Assembly (NCBI GenBank): GCA_902494135.1
Contig: CABUSE010000001.1
Location: 1-43,657, forward strand
DNA: 43,657 nucleotides
Source: an uncultured Collinsella sp.
GTDB lineage: Bacteria; Actinomycetota; Coriobacteriia; Coriobacteriales; Coriobacteriaceae
Direction: 5' to 3'
Shown here: positions 1 to 8,558 of the stretch, in pieces
Layout of the letters: every line of letters starts with the position of its first letter
How positions within the stretch are numbered: position 1 is the stretch's first letter
The notes under the pieces: generated by a model
Databases searched by the model: none
What the model saw: the letters and a program-made list of their open reading frames with translations, nothing else
Told to the model about the DNA's origin: nothing
Translations under genes and position numbers: made by a program

Positions 1-36
1 CCGTTCGGCATGCCGGCCCGCTCAGGGGATGTGAAA

Positions 37-1050
37 TTAATAACGCTCAAAGAAGGCAAGGGCATTATCGCTGCAGAGCTTCTGCATCACGGTCTTGCCA
101 AAGTGCTTGGAGAGCATGTTCTGGAACTCGGGCATCTTGCTGGCATCGGAGAGGAAGGCGGGCACCGTGGCACCGTCCCAGTCGCCGCCGAGCGCGATGA
201 CGTCCTCGCCGCCCAGGTCGAGCCAGTGCTCGATATGTGCCGCCAGCTGGTCGAAGGTGACGTCTGCGGCGGTCTTGTCGGTTGCGTCGTTGGAAAGGAA
301 CTCGCTGCAGTAGTTGAGGCCGACGATGCCACCCATGTCGCGAATGGTGCGGAACTGGTCGTCGGTGAGGTTGCGCTTAACGCCGCAAACTGCACGAGAG
401 TTGGAGTGGCTGGCGACGAAGGGACGTGTGGCGTGGGCGACAACCTCGTCAAAGCACTCATCGTTGAGGTGGGAGACGTCAAGCACCATGCCGGCGTGCT
501 CCATCTGCGTAAGTGCCTCGATGCCGGCGGCGGTGAGGCCGGCGTGGGTATCGTGTCCGCTCGCGAGCGGTCCCTGCGCATTCCAGCTGAGCGATGACAT
601 GAGTACGCCCAAGCTCTTGAGCACCTCGATCAGCGCGGGGTCCTCGGCAAAGAACGTGGCGTTTTCGATGGTGTGGATGCAGGCGACCTTGCCGTCTTTG
701 AGCGCGGGGCGAATGTCTGCCGCGCTGCGTACGTTGACCATGCGGTCGTGGTTGAGCATTGCCTGGCCGCTCATATGCGCCATGATCTGCGCCTGGAAGC
801 GCGCGGCGTGGGCGGTGGGAATCTCATCGGGGACAAACGTGGCGAAGCACTGTGCCCATGGCGTGTTGCCGATCTTTGCGAGCGAGATGGCGCAGGCGTT
901 GCCCTCGATGAGGTCGAAATCTTGCGGATGCGTTTCGTCGCCGGGGAAATAACCGTCGGTGCCGGCGGTAAAGCGCAGGTCGAGATCGAGCGTGGCCCAG
1001 CCGATGCGGTCGGCGGTGTCGCAGTGTAGGTCAAATACGGGATATGCCAT
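37..1050 (-). CDS. Membrane dipeptidase (peptidase M19 family)
   Basis: Motifs FDLHCDT, SLSWN, DVSHLND, ASHSNSR, RNLTDDQ and ALGGDWDG; GGAGG RBS before the ATG at 1050. Confidence 0.85.
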   Translation of the reverse strand: MAYPVFDLHCDTADRIGWATLDLDLRFTAGTDGYFPGDETHPQDFDLIEGNACAISLAKIGNTPWAQCFATFVPDEIPTAHAARFQAQIMAHMSGQAMLNHDRMVNVRSAADIRPALKDGKVACIHTIENATFFAEDPALIEVLKSLGVLMSSLSWNAQGPLASGHDTHAGLTAAGIEALTQMEHAGMVLDVSHLNDECFDEVVAHATRPFVASHSNSRAVCGVKRNLTDDQFRTIRDMGGIVGLNYCSEFLSNDATDKTAADVTFDQLAAHIEHWLDLGGEDVIALGGDWDGATVPAFLSDASKMPEFQNMLSKHFGKTVMQKLCSDNALAFFERY

Positions 1051-1170
1051 GGTTCCTCCGGTTGCAGCGTTTCTTTGCAAACTGTCATTGAATTGTATGA
1101 CTAGGGTATAGTTAGCGCCATATGTTCACGGCGGCCCGCGTTGTGCGCCGCCCTTATCACGGAGGTTACC

Positions 1171-1599
1171 ATGTCCAACCAGGGCAAGAAGGTCAAGACT
1201 CATTATCGCGGCACGCTCGACGACGGCACGCAGTTCGATAGCTCCTACGATCGCGGCGAGCCGCTGGAGTTCACCTGCGGCGCCGGCCAGATGATCAAGG
1301 GCTTCGACGCCGCCGTGGTCGACATGCAGGTGGGCGAGAAGAAGACCGTGCACATTCCTGCTGCCGATGCCTACGGCGAGCACAATCCCGAGATGGTTAT
1401 TACCTTCCCGGCCGAGCAGGTTCCCAACATCGAGCAGATCGAGAAGGGCATGAAGCTCTTCCTGTCCACGCCGAGCGGCATGCCTGTCCCCGCCGTCGTC
1501 ATCGACGTAACGCCCGAGGCTGTGACGCTCGATGCCAACCACGAGCTTGCCGGCAAGGACCTCAACTTTGATATCGAGCTCGTCGAGGTCGAGGGTTAG
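1171..1599 (+). CDS. FKBP-type peptidyl-prolyl isomerase, SlyD/SlpA-like, without His-rich tail
   Basis: HYRGTLDDGTQFDSS...GQMIKGFD...AYG...DANHELAGKDLNFDIELV; GGAGG RBS at 1161. Confidence 0.9.
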   Translation: MSNQGKKVKTHYRGTLDDGTQFDSSYDRGEPLEFTCGAGQMIKGFDAAVVDMQVGEKKTVHIPAADAYGEHNPEMVITFPAEQVPNIEQIEKGMKLFLSTPSGMPVPAVVIDVTPEAVTLDANHELAGKDLNFDIELVEVEG

Positions 1600-1602
1600 A
1601 GC

Positions 1603-2181
1603 ATGCCTGAGCGCTTGGTTTCGACGACATGCTTGGGAAATCTCAACGATCCGTCCTATGAACTTCTGCTTCGCCGGAAGCTGGGCGGCGTCTTTGAAGT
1701 TGACGAGCTACTGCTCGATTGGGACCAGGCTGATGTATGCGCGTTTGTGGGCGTGACGGAGCTGGGGCGCACGGTCGATGTTCGGCTGGATACTGCCGAC
1801 GGCGGTCGTTTTGTCGACGGCGACGTGCTCGCCGTCGACCGTTCGGGCGTGGTGCCCGTGACGGTTGTCGTGCGCCTGCGCAGCGCCGAGGTTTATTTGG
1901 TCGAAGTTGACCGCATGGACCCGATTGCGCTCGCGCATGCGTGCTGGGAGATCGGCAATATGCATGCGCCGCTTTTTCGAGGCGATTCGGACGAGTATAC
2001 CGTGCGCATGTATACGCCGGTGCAGCCTGTTTTGGGCCGCATGCTCCGGGGCGTCGAGGGCGTTCGGCTCTCGACGGTTACCCGTGAACTCGATTCGGAC
2101 CGGCGCTTTGCGTCGAGTGCGGCGGATGCCGTTGTGAGTATGGCACCAGACTTTACGATCGTAAAGAAGGCGCGCGGTTAA
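1603..2181 (+). CDS. ureE: Urease accessory protein UreE-like
   Basis: DGDVL N-terminal motif and CWEIGNMHAPL, matching the UreE GNxH metal-binding motif. Confidence 0.7.
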   Translation: MPERLVSTTCLGNLNDPSYELLLRRKLGGVFEVDELLLDWDQADVCAFVGVTELGRTVDVRLDTADGGRFVDGDVLAVDRSGVVPVTVVVRLRSAEVYLVEVDRMDPIALAHACWEIGNMHAPLFRGDSDEYTVRMYTPVQPVLGRMLRGVEGVRLSTVTRELDSDRRFASSAADAVVSMAPDFTIVKKARG

Positions 2182-2194
2182 CGTGCGTATAAGT

Positions 2195-2233
2195 AAGGCG
2201 GACTTTGAGAGACAACTATTCAAAGTCCGCCTT
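2195..2233 (+). terminator. Stem-loop / probable intrinsic terminator
   Basis: AAGGCGGACTTTGA...TCAAAGTCCGCCTT followed by T-rich sequence. Confidence 0.6.
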
Positions 2234-2262
2234 TCTGTTGATGAGATGCTGTGGGGGAGCAT

Positions 2263-3060
2263 ATGGGTCTTGAAGGAATCAAGCTGATTGCATGCGATTT
2301 GGACGGCACGTTGCTGCATCCGGGGGAGCGCGAGCCGCGTTCCGAGGCCTTCGAGCTCATCGATGAGCTGCATCGTCGCGGTATCGTGTTTATGCCGGCG
2401 AGCGGCCGTCAATATGCGAGCTTGCGCTATCTGTTTGCCCCGGTGGCCGATGAGCTCGCCTATGTATGCGAAAACGGAGCCCTGGTGATGAGCGAGGGAC
2501 GTGCCGTTGTCAAGCGTTCCATGGAGCGTAGCCTTGCTATGGATATCGCGAATGCCGTGGTTGCGTATCCCCATGCCGACGTGACCCTTTCGTGTGAGGG
2601 ACACCTCTACACCATGAGCGGCAACGATGCGTTCGTCGATCATTTGCGCTATGAGGTCCACTGCGATGTGGCAGTGGTCGCCCGCCCCGAGGACATCGAC
2701 GAGGACGTCATTAAGATTGCCTTCCAGACGCCCGAGGTGGATCAGCCGGCGGCCCTGGAGTATTTTGAGCGCCTCTTTAGCGACCGTGTTGACGTGATGA
2801 CGTCGGGAACCGAATGGACGGACTTTATCGGCTTTGATTCGGGTAAGGGTTCCGCGCTTGCCGATTACGGTCGTGCCCTGGGTATTTCGCCCGATGAGAT
2901 GATGGCGTTTGGCGACAATGAGAACGATCGCGACATGCTCAACGTCGTGGGCCATCCCTATCTGATGGAGAGCTGCAACCCCACCATGCGCGGCATCAAC
3001 GACCGCGTCCGCTACGTGCACACGGTCGAAGAAGAACTGCGCCGCCTGCTCGCCGAGTAG
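2263..3060 (+). CDS. Cof-type HAD-IIB hydrolase
   Basis: DLDGTLL, ASGR, ENGA, KGSAL and FGDNENDRDML motifs. Confidence 0.9.
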   Translation: MGLEGIKLIACDLDGTLLHPGEREPRSEAFELIDELHRRGIVFMPASGRQYASLRYLFAPVADELAYVCENGALVMSEGRAVVKRSMERSLAMDIANAVVAYPHADVTLSCEGHLYTMSGNDAFVDHLRYEVHCDVAVVARPEDIDEDVIKIAFQTPEVDQPAALEYFERLFSDRVDVMTSGTEWTDFIGFDSGKGSALADYGRALGISPDEMMAFGDNENDRDMLNVVGHPYLMESCNPTMRGINDRVRYVHTVEEELRRLLAE

Positions 3061-3061
3061 G

Positions 3062-3135
3062 CTTTCGAGACATACCTGGAAATGTACTGTTTGCTGTAGC
3101 GGATGGGAAAGTAGATTTGCAGGCATGTCTCAAAG
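3062..3135. repeat. Long imperfect inverted repeat filling a convergent intergenic gap
   Basis: CTTTcGAGACATaCCTGgAAATgTACT, 21-nt spacer, AGTAgATTTgCAGGcATGTCTCAAAG. Confidence 0.7.
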
Positions 3136-3136
3136 A

Positions 3137-3517
3137 CTACCGGCAGTCGGGGCAGAGCCCCTCGAAGATGGTGTAGTGCGACGAGACATGCCAGCCGATT
3201 TGCTCGGACGCCTTGGTGTCGAGCTGGGTATCGAAGGGGAGTGGCACGTCGATGACGCGGCTGCACGAGGTGCAGATGACATGCGCATGCGGCTCGATGG
3301 CGCGATCGAAGCGACTCCCGCCCGGCGTCTTGATGGAGAGGATCTCGCCGGCGTCGGCCAAGAGATTGAGATTGCGGTAGACCGTGCCGCGGCTGATTTT
3401 GTCATCCTGTTCGCGCACGGCGTTGTAGATTTCATCGGCGGTGGGATGGTTATAGCTTTGGCGCACGGCGTCAAGAACCAGCTTTCGCTGCCTGGTATTC
3501 CTTCTTTGCACCGCCAT
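3137..3517 (-). CDS. Fur/PerR-family transcriptional regulator
   Basis: HPTADEIY, ISRGTVYRNL, HAHVICTSC and C-terminal GLCPDC. Confidence 0.9.
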   Translation of the reverse strand: MAVQRRNTRQRKLVLDAVRQSYNHPTADEIYNAVREQDDKISRGTVYRNLNLLADAGEILSIKTPGGSRFDRAIEPHAHVICTSCSRVIDVPLPFDTQLDTKASEQIGWHVSSHYTIFEGLCPDCR

Positions 3518-3578
3518 GCGCCTCGCCTCTTTTCTATCAACGGTCGTAGGTAAATGATACCGTATTTAGCACACAATA

Positions 3579-3989
3579 CTAATAATGAGGACTGAAACCG
3601 TCTTCATTGGCAAGTGTGGCTCGGGCCTGGGCGTCTACGAGGCGAAAACGTGTCCCCATGCGCTCGTAGGAGGCATGAAGCGCCTCGAGCTGAGACGCGA
3701 TGTTTGTCGGCGTGCCCTGTAGCTCCATCTCAACCGAGCCGTCTTCCATATTGCGCACCCAGCCGGTGAGGGAGCGCGCCTGTGCGAGGTTGGTGTTGGT
3801 AAAGCGAAAGCCGACGCCCTGGACTTGGCCCTCCCAGCGCAGGAAATAGCGCAGGGGAGTGTCTTGAGTGGCCTCGTCGCTTGCGAGTACAGTAAGCCTG
3901 CGGCGCAGCTCAAGCTCGACGTTTGATGGTTTTTGAGGCTCTCGACTGCCGCCGGTGACGCTGGAGAAGAACGTATCGAAGAGGCCCAT
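3579..3989 (-). CDS. acyP: Acylphosphatase with N-terminal extension
   Basis: GQVQGVGFR and LTGWVRNMEDGSVE signatures; start placed at MGLFDT right after the upstream gene. Confidence 0.8.
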   Translation of the reverse strand: MGLFDTFFSSVTGGSREPQKPSNVELELRRRLTVLASDEATQDTPLRYFLRWEGQVQGVGFRFTNTNLAQARSLTGWVRNMEDGSVEMELQGTPTNIASQLEALHASYERMGTRFRLVDAQARATLANEDGFSPHY

Positions 3990-3991
3990 CG

Positions 3992-5098
3992 CTATGCCTG
4001 CTTGCCTGCGTCGGCCGGGAAGGTTATGCCGGCCTGCTGGCGCACGGCATCCATGATGCGCAGCGAGACGAGCGTGACATCGCGGTAGTGGCCAAGCTCG
4101 TGGCGTCCCGCCGGGGTCTCCCAAATCTCTTCCTTAACGTTATCGATGCCGTCGATGGCGGTGATAAAGTCCGCGAGCTCGTATTCCATAGTGTTGCTAG
4201 ATTTGGGCAGGTCGAGCACGCGGCCGTTGTCGCCCTGTTCGCGCGGTGCCTCGGTCGCCGAGCCGCGTACGACATCGCCGCGATAGTCGATGCGGACGTT
4301 GCGGGGCGTGGACAGATGGTCAATCTGGATAGTGCCACGCTCGCCTTCGATCTGCGAGGGCAGCAGGTCATTCGTAATTTTGGAGTGTGCAAGCTCGACG
4401 GAAATGCGGCCTCCGCCATAACTGGCGAGAATGGAGCCGCAGCCGTCGATGGGACCATGGGTGAGCTCTTGCGTTGAGGGGTCGAGCAGCGTGGTCATGC
4501 TGGTGAGGCCGGAGGGCATGCCGAAAATCTCGACCATGGGCTCGACGGTGTAGACGCCAATGTCCATGAGGGAGCCCGAGGCCATGTGGCAGTCGAAGAT
4601 ATTGGTGGCGCGCCCCGCGAGAACCTCGTTGTAGCGCGAGGAATATTTGCCAAAGCGCAATGAGGCGCGGCGGATGGGGGCGATCTCGCCCAGGGCGTCC
4701 TCGACGGCGTGGAAAGCGGGGTCATGGAGCGGGCGCATGGCCTCGAGGGCTACGACGCCCGCCGCCTCGGCTGCGCGAAAGACCTCGAGCGCCTGTGCCT
4801 CGGTGGCACAAAAGGGCTTTTCGACGATAACGTGCTTGCCACCGGCGATACAGGCGAGCGCCTGCTCGTAGTGGAGCGCATTGGGGCTGCCGATGTAGAC
4901 GGCGTCGACGTCGTCGGCGGACGCAAGCTCGTCAAGCACGGTGAAGTTACGTTCGCCGCCGTGCTTAGCGGTGAAGGCGCCGCCGCGATCTGCATCGCGC
5001 GAGAGCGTGCCCACAAACGCGGCTTGGTCGTTGGCGTTGACGACCTGGATAAAGTCGTCGGTAATCATGGATGTGCCGATGGTCGCTATACGCAGCAT
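3992..5098 (-). CDS. Gfo/Idh/MocA-family oxidoreductase
   Basis: IATIGTS, DAVYIGSPNALH, KHVIVEKP and GSLMDIGVY motifs. Confidence 0.9.
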   Translation of the reverse strand: MLRIATIGTSMITDDFIQVVNANDQAAFVGTLSRDADRGGAFTAKHGGERNFTVLDELASADDVDAVYIGSPNALHYEQALACIAGGKHVIVEKPFCATEAQALEVFRAAEAAGVVALEAMRPLHDPAFHAVEDALGEIAPIRRASLRFGKYSSRYNEVLAGRATNIFDCHMASGSLMDIGVYTVEPMVEIFGMPSGLTSMTTLLDPSTQELTHGPIDGCGSILASYGGGRISVELAHSKITNDLLPSQIEGERGTIQIDHLSTPRNVRIDYRGDVVRGSATEAPREQGDNGRVLDLPKSSNTMEYELADFITAIDGIDNVKEEIWETPAGRHELGHYRDVTLVSLRIMDAVRQQAGITFPADAGKQA

Positions 5099-5173
5099 AT
5101 ATCCCCCTCGTGCCGTTCGGTTTACAGGATGAGTGTAGCGCGAGGGGGCAGGAAATAGCGTGCGAAAACGCCG

Positions 5174-5659
5174 TTACAGGTCGCTCTCGTTAAAGCCGGC
5201 GTCGATATCGAGGTTGCTGCCGTCGGCCGCCGTGGTGGCAAGCTCGTCACAGCGCTCGTTGAGCTCATGGCCGGCGTGGCCCTTAACCCAGATGAACTCC
5301 ACTTTGTGCTTACTCTTTGCGGTGAGCAGGCGCTCCCACAGATCGCGGTTCTTGACAGGCTGCTTGTTGGCGGTCTTCCAGCCGCGTTTTTTCCATCCGT
5401 CAATCCAGTGCTTGTTGAAGGCGTTGACGACGTACTGCGAATCGGAATGGACTTCGACGTCGCAAGGGCGGTTGAGCGCCTCGAGCGCCACGATAACGGC
5501 CATGAGCTCCATGCGGTTGTTGGTGGTCTTGGCGTAACCGCGTGAAAGCTCGGAGGTGAAGGTCTTGCCGGCGGGGTTGGTGTATTTGAGTACGGCGCCG
5601 TAGCCGCCGCGTCCCGGATTTGATCGGGCCGAGCCGTCGGTATAGATGATGACCTTCAC
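5174..5659 (-). CDS. rnhA: Ribonuclease HI
   Basis: [32 protein letters not shown] and [17 protein letters not shown] before GTG 5659. Confidence 0.95.
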   Translation of the reverse strand: MKVIIYTDGSARSNPGRGGYGAVLKYTNPAGKTFTSELSRGYAKTTNNRMELMAVIVALEALNRPCDVEVHSDSQYVVNAFNKHWIDGWKKRGWKTANKQPVKNRDLWERLLTAKSKHKVEFIWVKGHAGHELNERCDELATTAADGSNLDIDAGFNESDL

Positions 5660-5758
5660 ATGGTTCCTTTCGTTGGGTACGTTTCGTGTGAGTGACCATT
5701 GTAGCGCCATGCCCGCCGGGGGCTAGCAATCTACGATTTCTACCCCGTCTTCCGACAG

Positions 5759-6667
5759 TTAACTGGCATGGATGATGCGGTTGAGCTCGTCGAGGTATTG
5801 CTGCAAGAGGGGAGAGGGCTTGCGCTCGTCGTGCATGATATAGCCTACGTGCATCGTTGGGGCGTCTGCTAACGGGATCGATGCCATACCCCATTGCATT
5901 TCATTGGAGAGGACGCCGGTCGACAGGGTGTAACCGTTCGACGTGATAAGTAAGTTAGTAAGTGTTCCGCGGTCCGAGATTCGTATGTTGCGGTCGCAAG
6001 GGATATAGCTAAAAGGTTCCTCGGCGTAATAGAAGGAGTTTGAGGTTCCCTGTTCAAAGCTGTAGCGCGTATAGGGCGTGAGGTCGGCAAGGGACAGCTG
6101 AGGGCGGCGTGCGAGCGGGTGGCGCTCGCTGACGAAGACGTGGACCGTCGCGTCGAATAGGGGATGGAAGCTCGCTCGGGCATCGGCGAAGGCCTTCTGC
6201 AAGACACGGGTATTAAAGTCGTCCAGATAGAGGATGCCGATATCGCTGCGAAACGCACGGACGTCATCGACGATCTGCGCTGTGGTGGTCTCGCGCATGA
6301 TGAACTCGAACTTGCTGTCGCGGCAGCGCTCGACTACGTTGACAAAGGCCTCGACCGAAAACGCATAGTGTTGGGCCGAGATGGCGAGGCGGGCCTGAGG
6401 TGTACCGCCGTCCTCGTAGCGGGCCTCGAGCATGTCGGCCTGCTCTACGACCTGGCGCGCATAGCCCAAAAGCTCGGTACCGTCGTTGGTGAGCGTGACG
6501 CCGCGGCTGGAGCGCGTAAAGATCTCCAGATGGAGCTCCTGTTCCAGGCTTTTGACGGCATTGGAGATATTGGACTGTGCCGTATAGAGGCGCTGGGCTG
6601 CGGCGTTGATCGAACCGGACTCTGCCACGGCGATCAAAAAGCGAAGCTGCTGGAGGGTCATCGGCAC
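5759..6667 (-). CDS. LysR-family regulator, probably of sulfur amino-acid genes (CmbR/CysR-like); divergent from metY
   Basis: N-terminal LysR HTH (TLQQLRFLIAVAESGSINAAAQRLYTAQSNIS); start may be GTG 6667 or ATG 6661. Confidence 0.88.
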   Translation of the reverse strand: MPMTLQQLRFLIAVAESGSINAAAQRLYTAQSNISNAVKSLEQELHLEIFTRSSRGVTLTNDGTELLGYARQVVEQADMLEARYEDGGTPQARLAISAQHYAFSVEAFVNVVERCRDSKFEFIMRETTTAQIVDDVRAFRSDIGILYLDDFNTRVLQKAFADARASFHPLFDATVHVFVSERHPLARRPQLSLADLTPYTRYSFEQGTSNSFYYAEEPFSYIPCDRNIRISDRGTLTNLLITSNGYTLSTGVLSNEMQWGMASIPLADAPTMHVGYIMHDERKPSPLLQQYLDELNRIIHAS

Positions 6668-6820
6668 CCATCCTTTCGAGTGTTATCTGCAAAACCGATA
6701 ACAGGTTAGCGCTTTTAAGTGATTGACCCGGGTAGACGATGCTCGTACTATTCAAAACACACAAAGGCAGTAGGTAATTAAGCCGACCACGGAACCGGGA
6801 TGTCAAAAGGAGGACCGCAT

Positions 6821-6874
6821 ATGAATTGCTTACCAAGACGAATGCCGGGCTCCTGTTTGCGCCCGTCGGCGTGA
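6821..6874 (+). CDS. Putative 17-aa leader peptide MNCLPRRMPGSCLRPSA upstream of metY
   Basis: AAGGAGG RBS at 6807-6813, ATG 6821, TGA 6872-6874; two Cys and two Met codons; overlaps a hairpin. Confidence 0.5.
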   Translation: MNCLPRRMPGSCLRPSA

Positions 6875-6935
6875 TCAGGAGACAGCGACTTACTTCTCTC
6901 TTTTTGTTTACTTTCGTTCGATCAAGGAGATTATC

Positions 6936-8246
6936 ATGAGCCAGTTTATCAACAACCCCGAGCACACCTTTGGTTTCGACACCCTGCAGCTTCACGTTGG
7001 CCAGGAGAGCGCCGATCCTGCATCCGACTCCCGTGCTGTGCCTATCTACCAGACTACGAGCTATGTGTTCCGCAACTCCCAGCACGCTGCCGACCGCTTT
7101 GGTCTTGCCGACGCCGGTAACATCTACGGTCGTCTGACCAACTCCACCCAGGGTGTCTTTGAGGACCGCATCGCCGCGCTCGAGGGTGGCGTGGCTGGCC
7201 TCGCCGTCGCCTCTGGTGCCGCCGCCATCACCTATACCCTGCAGGCGCTCGCTCAGGCCGGCGACCATGTGGTGGCCCAGAAGACCATCTACGGCGGTTC
7301 CTACAACCTGCTGGAGCACACACTCTCCCAGTTTGGTGTCGAGACCACCTTCGTCGATGCCCACAACCTGGACGAGGTCGAGGGGGCCATCAAGGACAAC
7401 ACCACAGTCATCTATCTCGAGACGCTCGGTAATCCCAACTCCGATATTCCCAACATCGACGCCATCTCCGAGGTCGCCAAGAAGTACGGCCTGCCGGTCG
7501 TCGTCGATAACACCTTCGGCACCCCGTACCTGTTCCGTCCGCTGGAGCACGGCGCCAACATCGTCGTTCACTCCGCGACCAAGTTCATTGGCGGCCACGG
7601 CACCTCGCTGGGCGGCGTGATCGTCGACGGCGGCAATTTTGACTGGAAGGCGAGCGGCAAGTACGCCCAGATCGCTGAGCCCAACCCCTCCTACCATGGC
7701 GTCTCGTTTGCCGAGGCTGCCGGCCCTGCCGCCTTCGCGACCTATGTCCGCGCCATCCTGCTGCGTGACGAGGGCGCTTGTATTAGCCCGTTCAACGCCT
7801 GGATCTTGCTCCAGGGCACCGAGACCCTGTCACTGCGCGTCGACCGCCATGTCGAGAACACCAAGAAGGTCGTTGAGTTCCTGACCGGTGACAGCCATGT
7901 TGCCAAGGTGAACCACCCGAGCCTGCCCGAGCACCCCGACCATGAGCTCTACAAGCAGTATTTCCCCAACGGCGGTGCCTCGATCTTCACCTTCGAGATC
8001 AAGGGCGGTCAGGAGGCTGCATGGAAGTTCATCGACCACTTGCAGGTGTTCTCGCTGCTTGCCAACGTGGCCGACGTCAAGTCGCTCGTCGTGCACCCGG
8101 CTACGACTACGCACTCCCAGCTCTCTGCCGAGGAGCTTGCCGAGCAGAACATCACGCCTTCCACGATCCGTCTTTCTATCGGTACTGAGAACGCCGAGGA
8201 CATCATTTGGGACCTGAAGCAGGCCTTTGCCACGCTGGACGAGTAA
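6936..8246 (+). CDS. metY: O-acetylhomoserine aminocarboxypropyltransferase / O-acetylserine sulfhydrylase
   Basis: AVPIYQTTSY, GNIYGRLTN, VHSATKFIGGHG (PLP lysine) and LANVADVKSLVVHPATTTH. Confidence 0.93.
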   Translation: MSQFINNPEHTFGFDTLQLHVGQESADPASDSRAVPIYQTTSYVFRNSQHAADRFGLADAGNIYGRLTNSTQGVFEDRIAALEGGVAGLAVASGAAAITYTLQALAQAGDHVVAQKTIYGGSYNLLEHTLSQFGVETTFVDAHNLDEVEGAIKDNTTVIYLETLGNPNSDIPNIDAISEVAKKYGLPVVVDNTFGTPYLFRPLEHGANIVVHSATKFIGGHGTSLGGVIVDGGNFDWKASGKYAQIAEPNPSYHGVSFAEAAGPAAFATYVRAILLRDEGACISPFNAWILLQGTETLSLRVDRHVENTKKVVEFLTGDSHVAKVNHPSLPEHPDHELYKQYFPNGGASIFTFEIKGGQEAAWKFIDHLQVFSLLANVADVKSLVVHPATTTHSQLSAEELAEQNITPSTIRLSIGTENAEDIIWDLKQAFATLDE

Positions 8247-8306
8247 GGCGACTTGTGCAAGGACCCCTTGCGGCTCGATAGGTATAACTGCATAAAATGC
8301 CTGCTC

Positions 8307-8346
8307 AAGTCGCCTGCGCAAGCAATGGTTGCGCAGGCGACTTTTT
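8307..8346 (+). terminator. Intrinsic terminator after metY
   Basis: AAGTCGCCTGCGCAA / TTGCGCAGGCGACTT followed by a T run. Confidence 0.8.
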
Positions 8347-8558
8347 TGCATAGGGAGGGCGCTATTACAGGGTTTTTGGCATGCTTTATGCAATCGAGAT
8401 GTGGAAAACTCCTGTTAAGAGGATGTGAGTTTTACGCAAATGACGTGCACCTTTTGAGAAAAACCGCAGGTCGCGGTTTGCTCGGGGTACTATGCAGCGC
8501 GATCGAATCACACGCAGCTCAAACGCAGCAAAAACGCACTACGGAGGTTTCCAGCTAC

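Noticed and set aside
3552..3570. Possible Fur/Per autoregulatory box (AAATGATACCGTATTT)
   Set aside because: Too weak a match to distinguish from AT-rich promoter sequence.
6740..6935. SAM riboswitch or T-box upstream of metY
   Set aside because: No SAM-I core or T-box (GGTGGnACCGCG) motif was recognisable by eye; a leader-peptide model is reported instead, pending an Rfam scan.
8253..8558. N-terminal extension of the 360-aa ORF
   Set aside because: It crosses the metY terminator; the RBS and signal peptide point to ATG 8559.
8490..8558. Possible c-di-AMP (ydaO) riboswitch before the secreted 3D-like gene
   Set aside because: Only short fragments (GAATC, ACGGAGG) resemble it, the latter is the RBS, and there is no room for the full structure.
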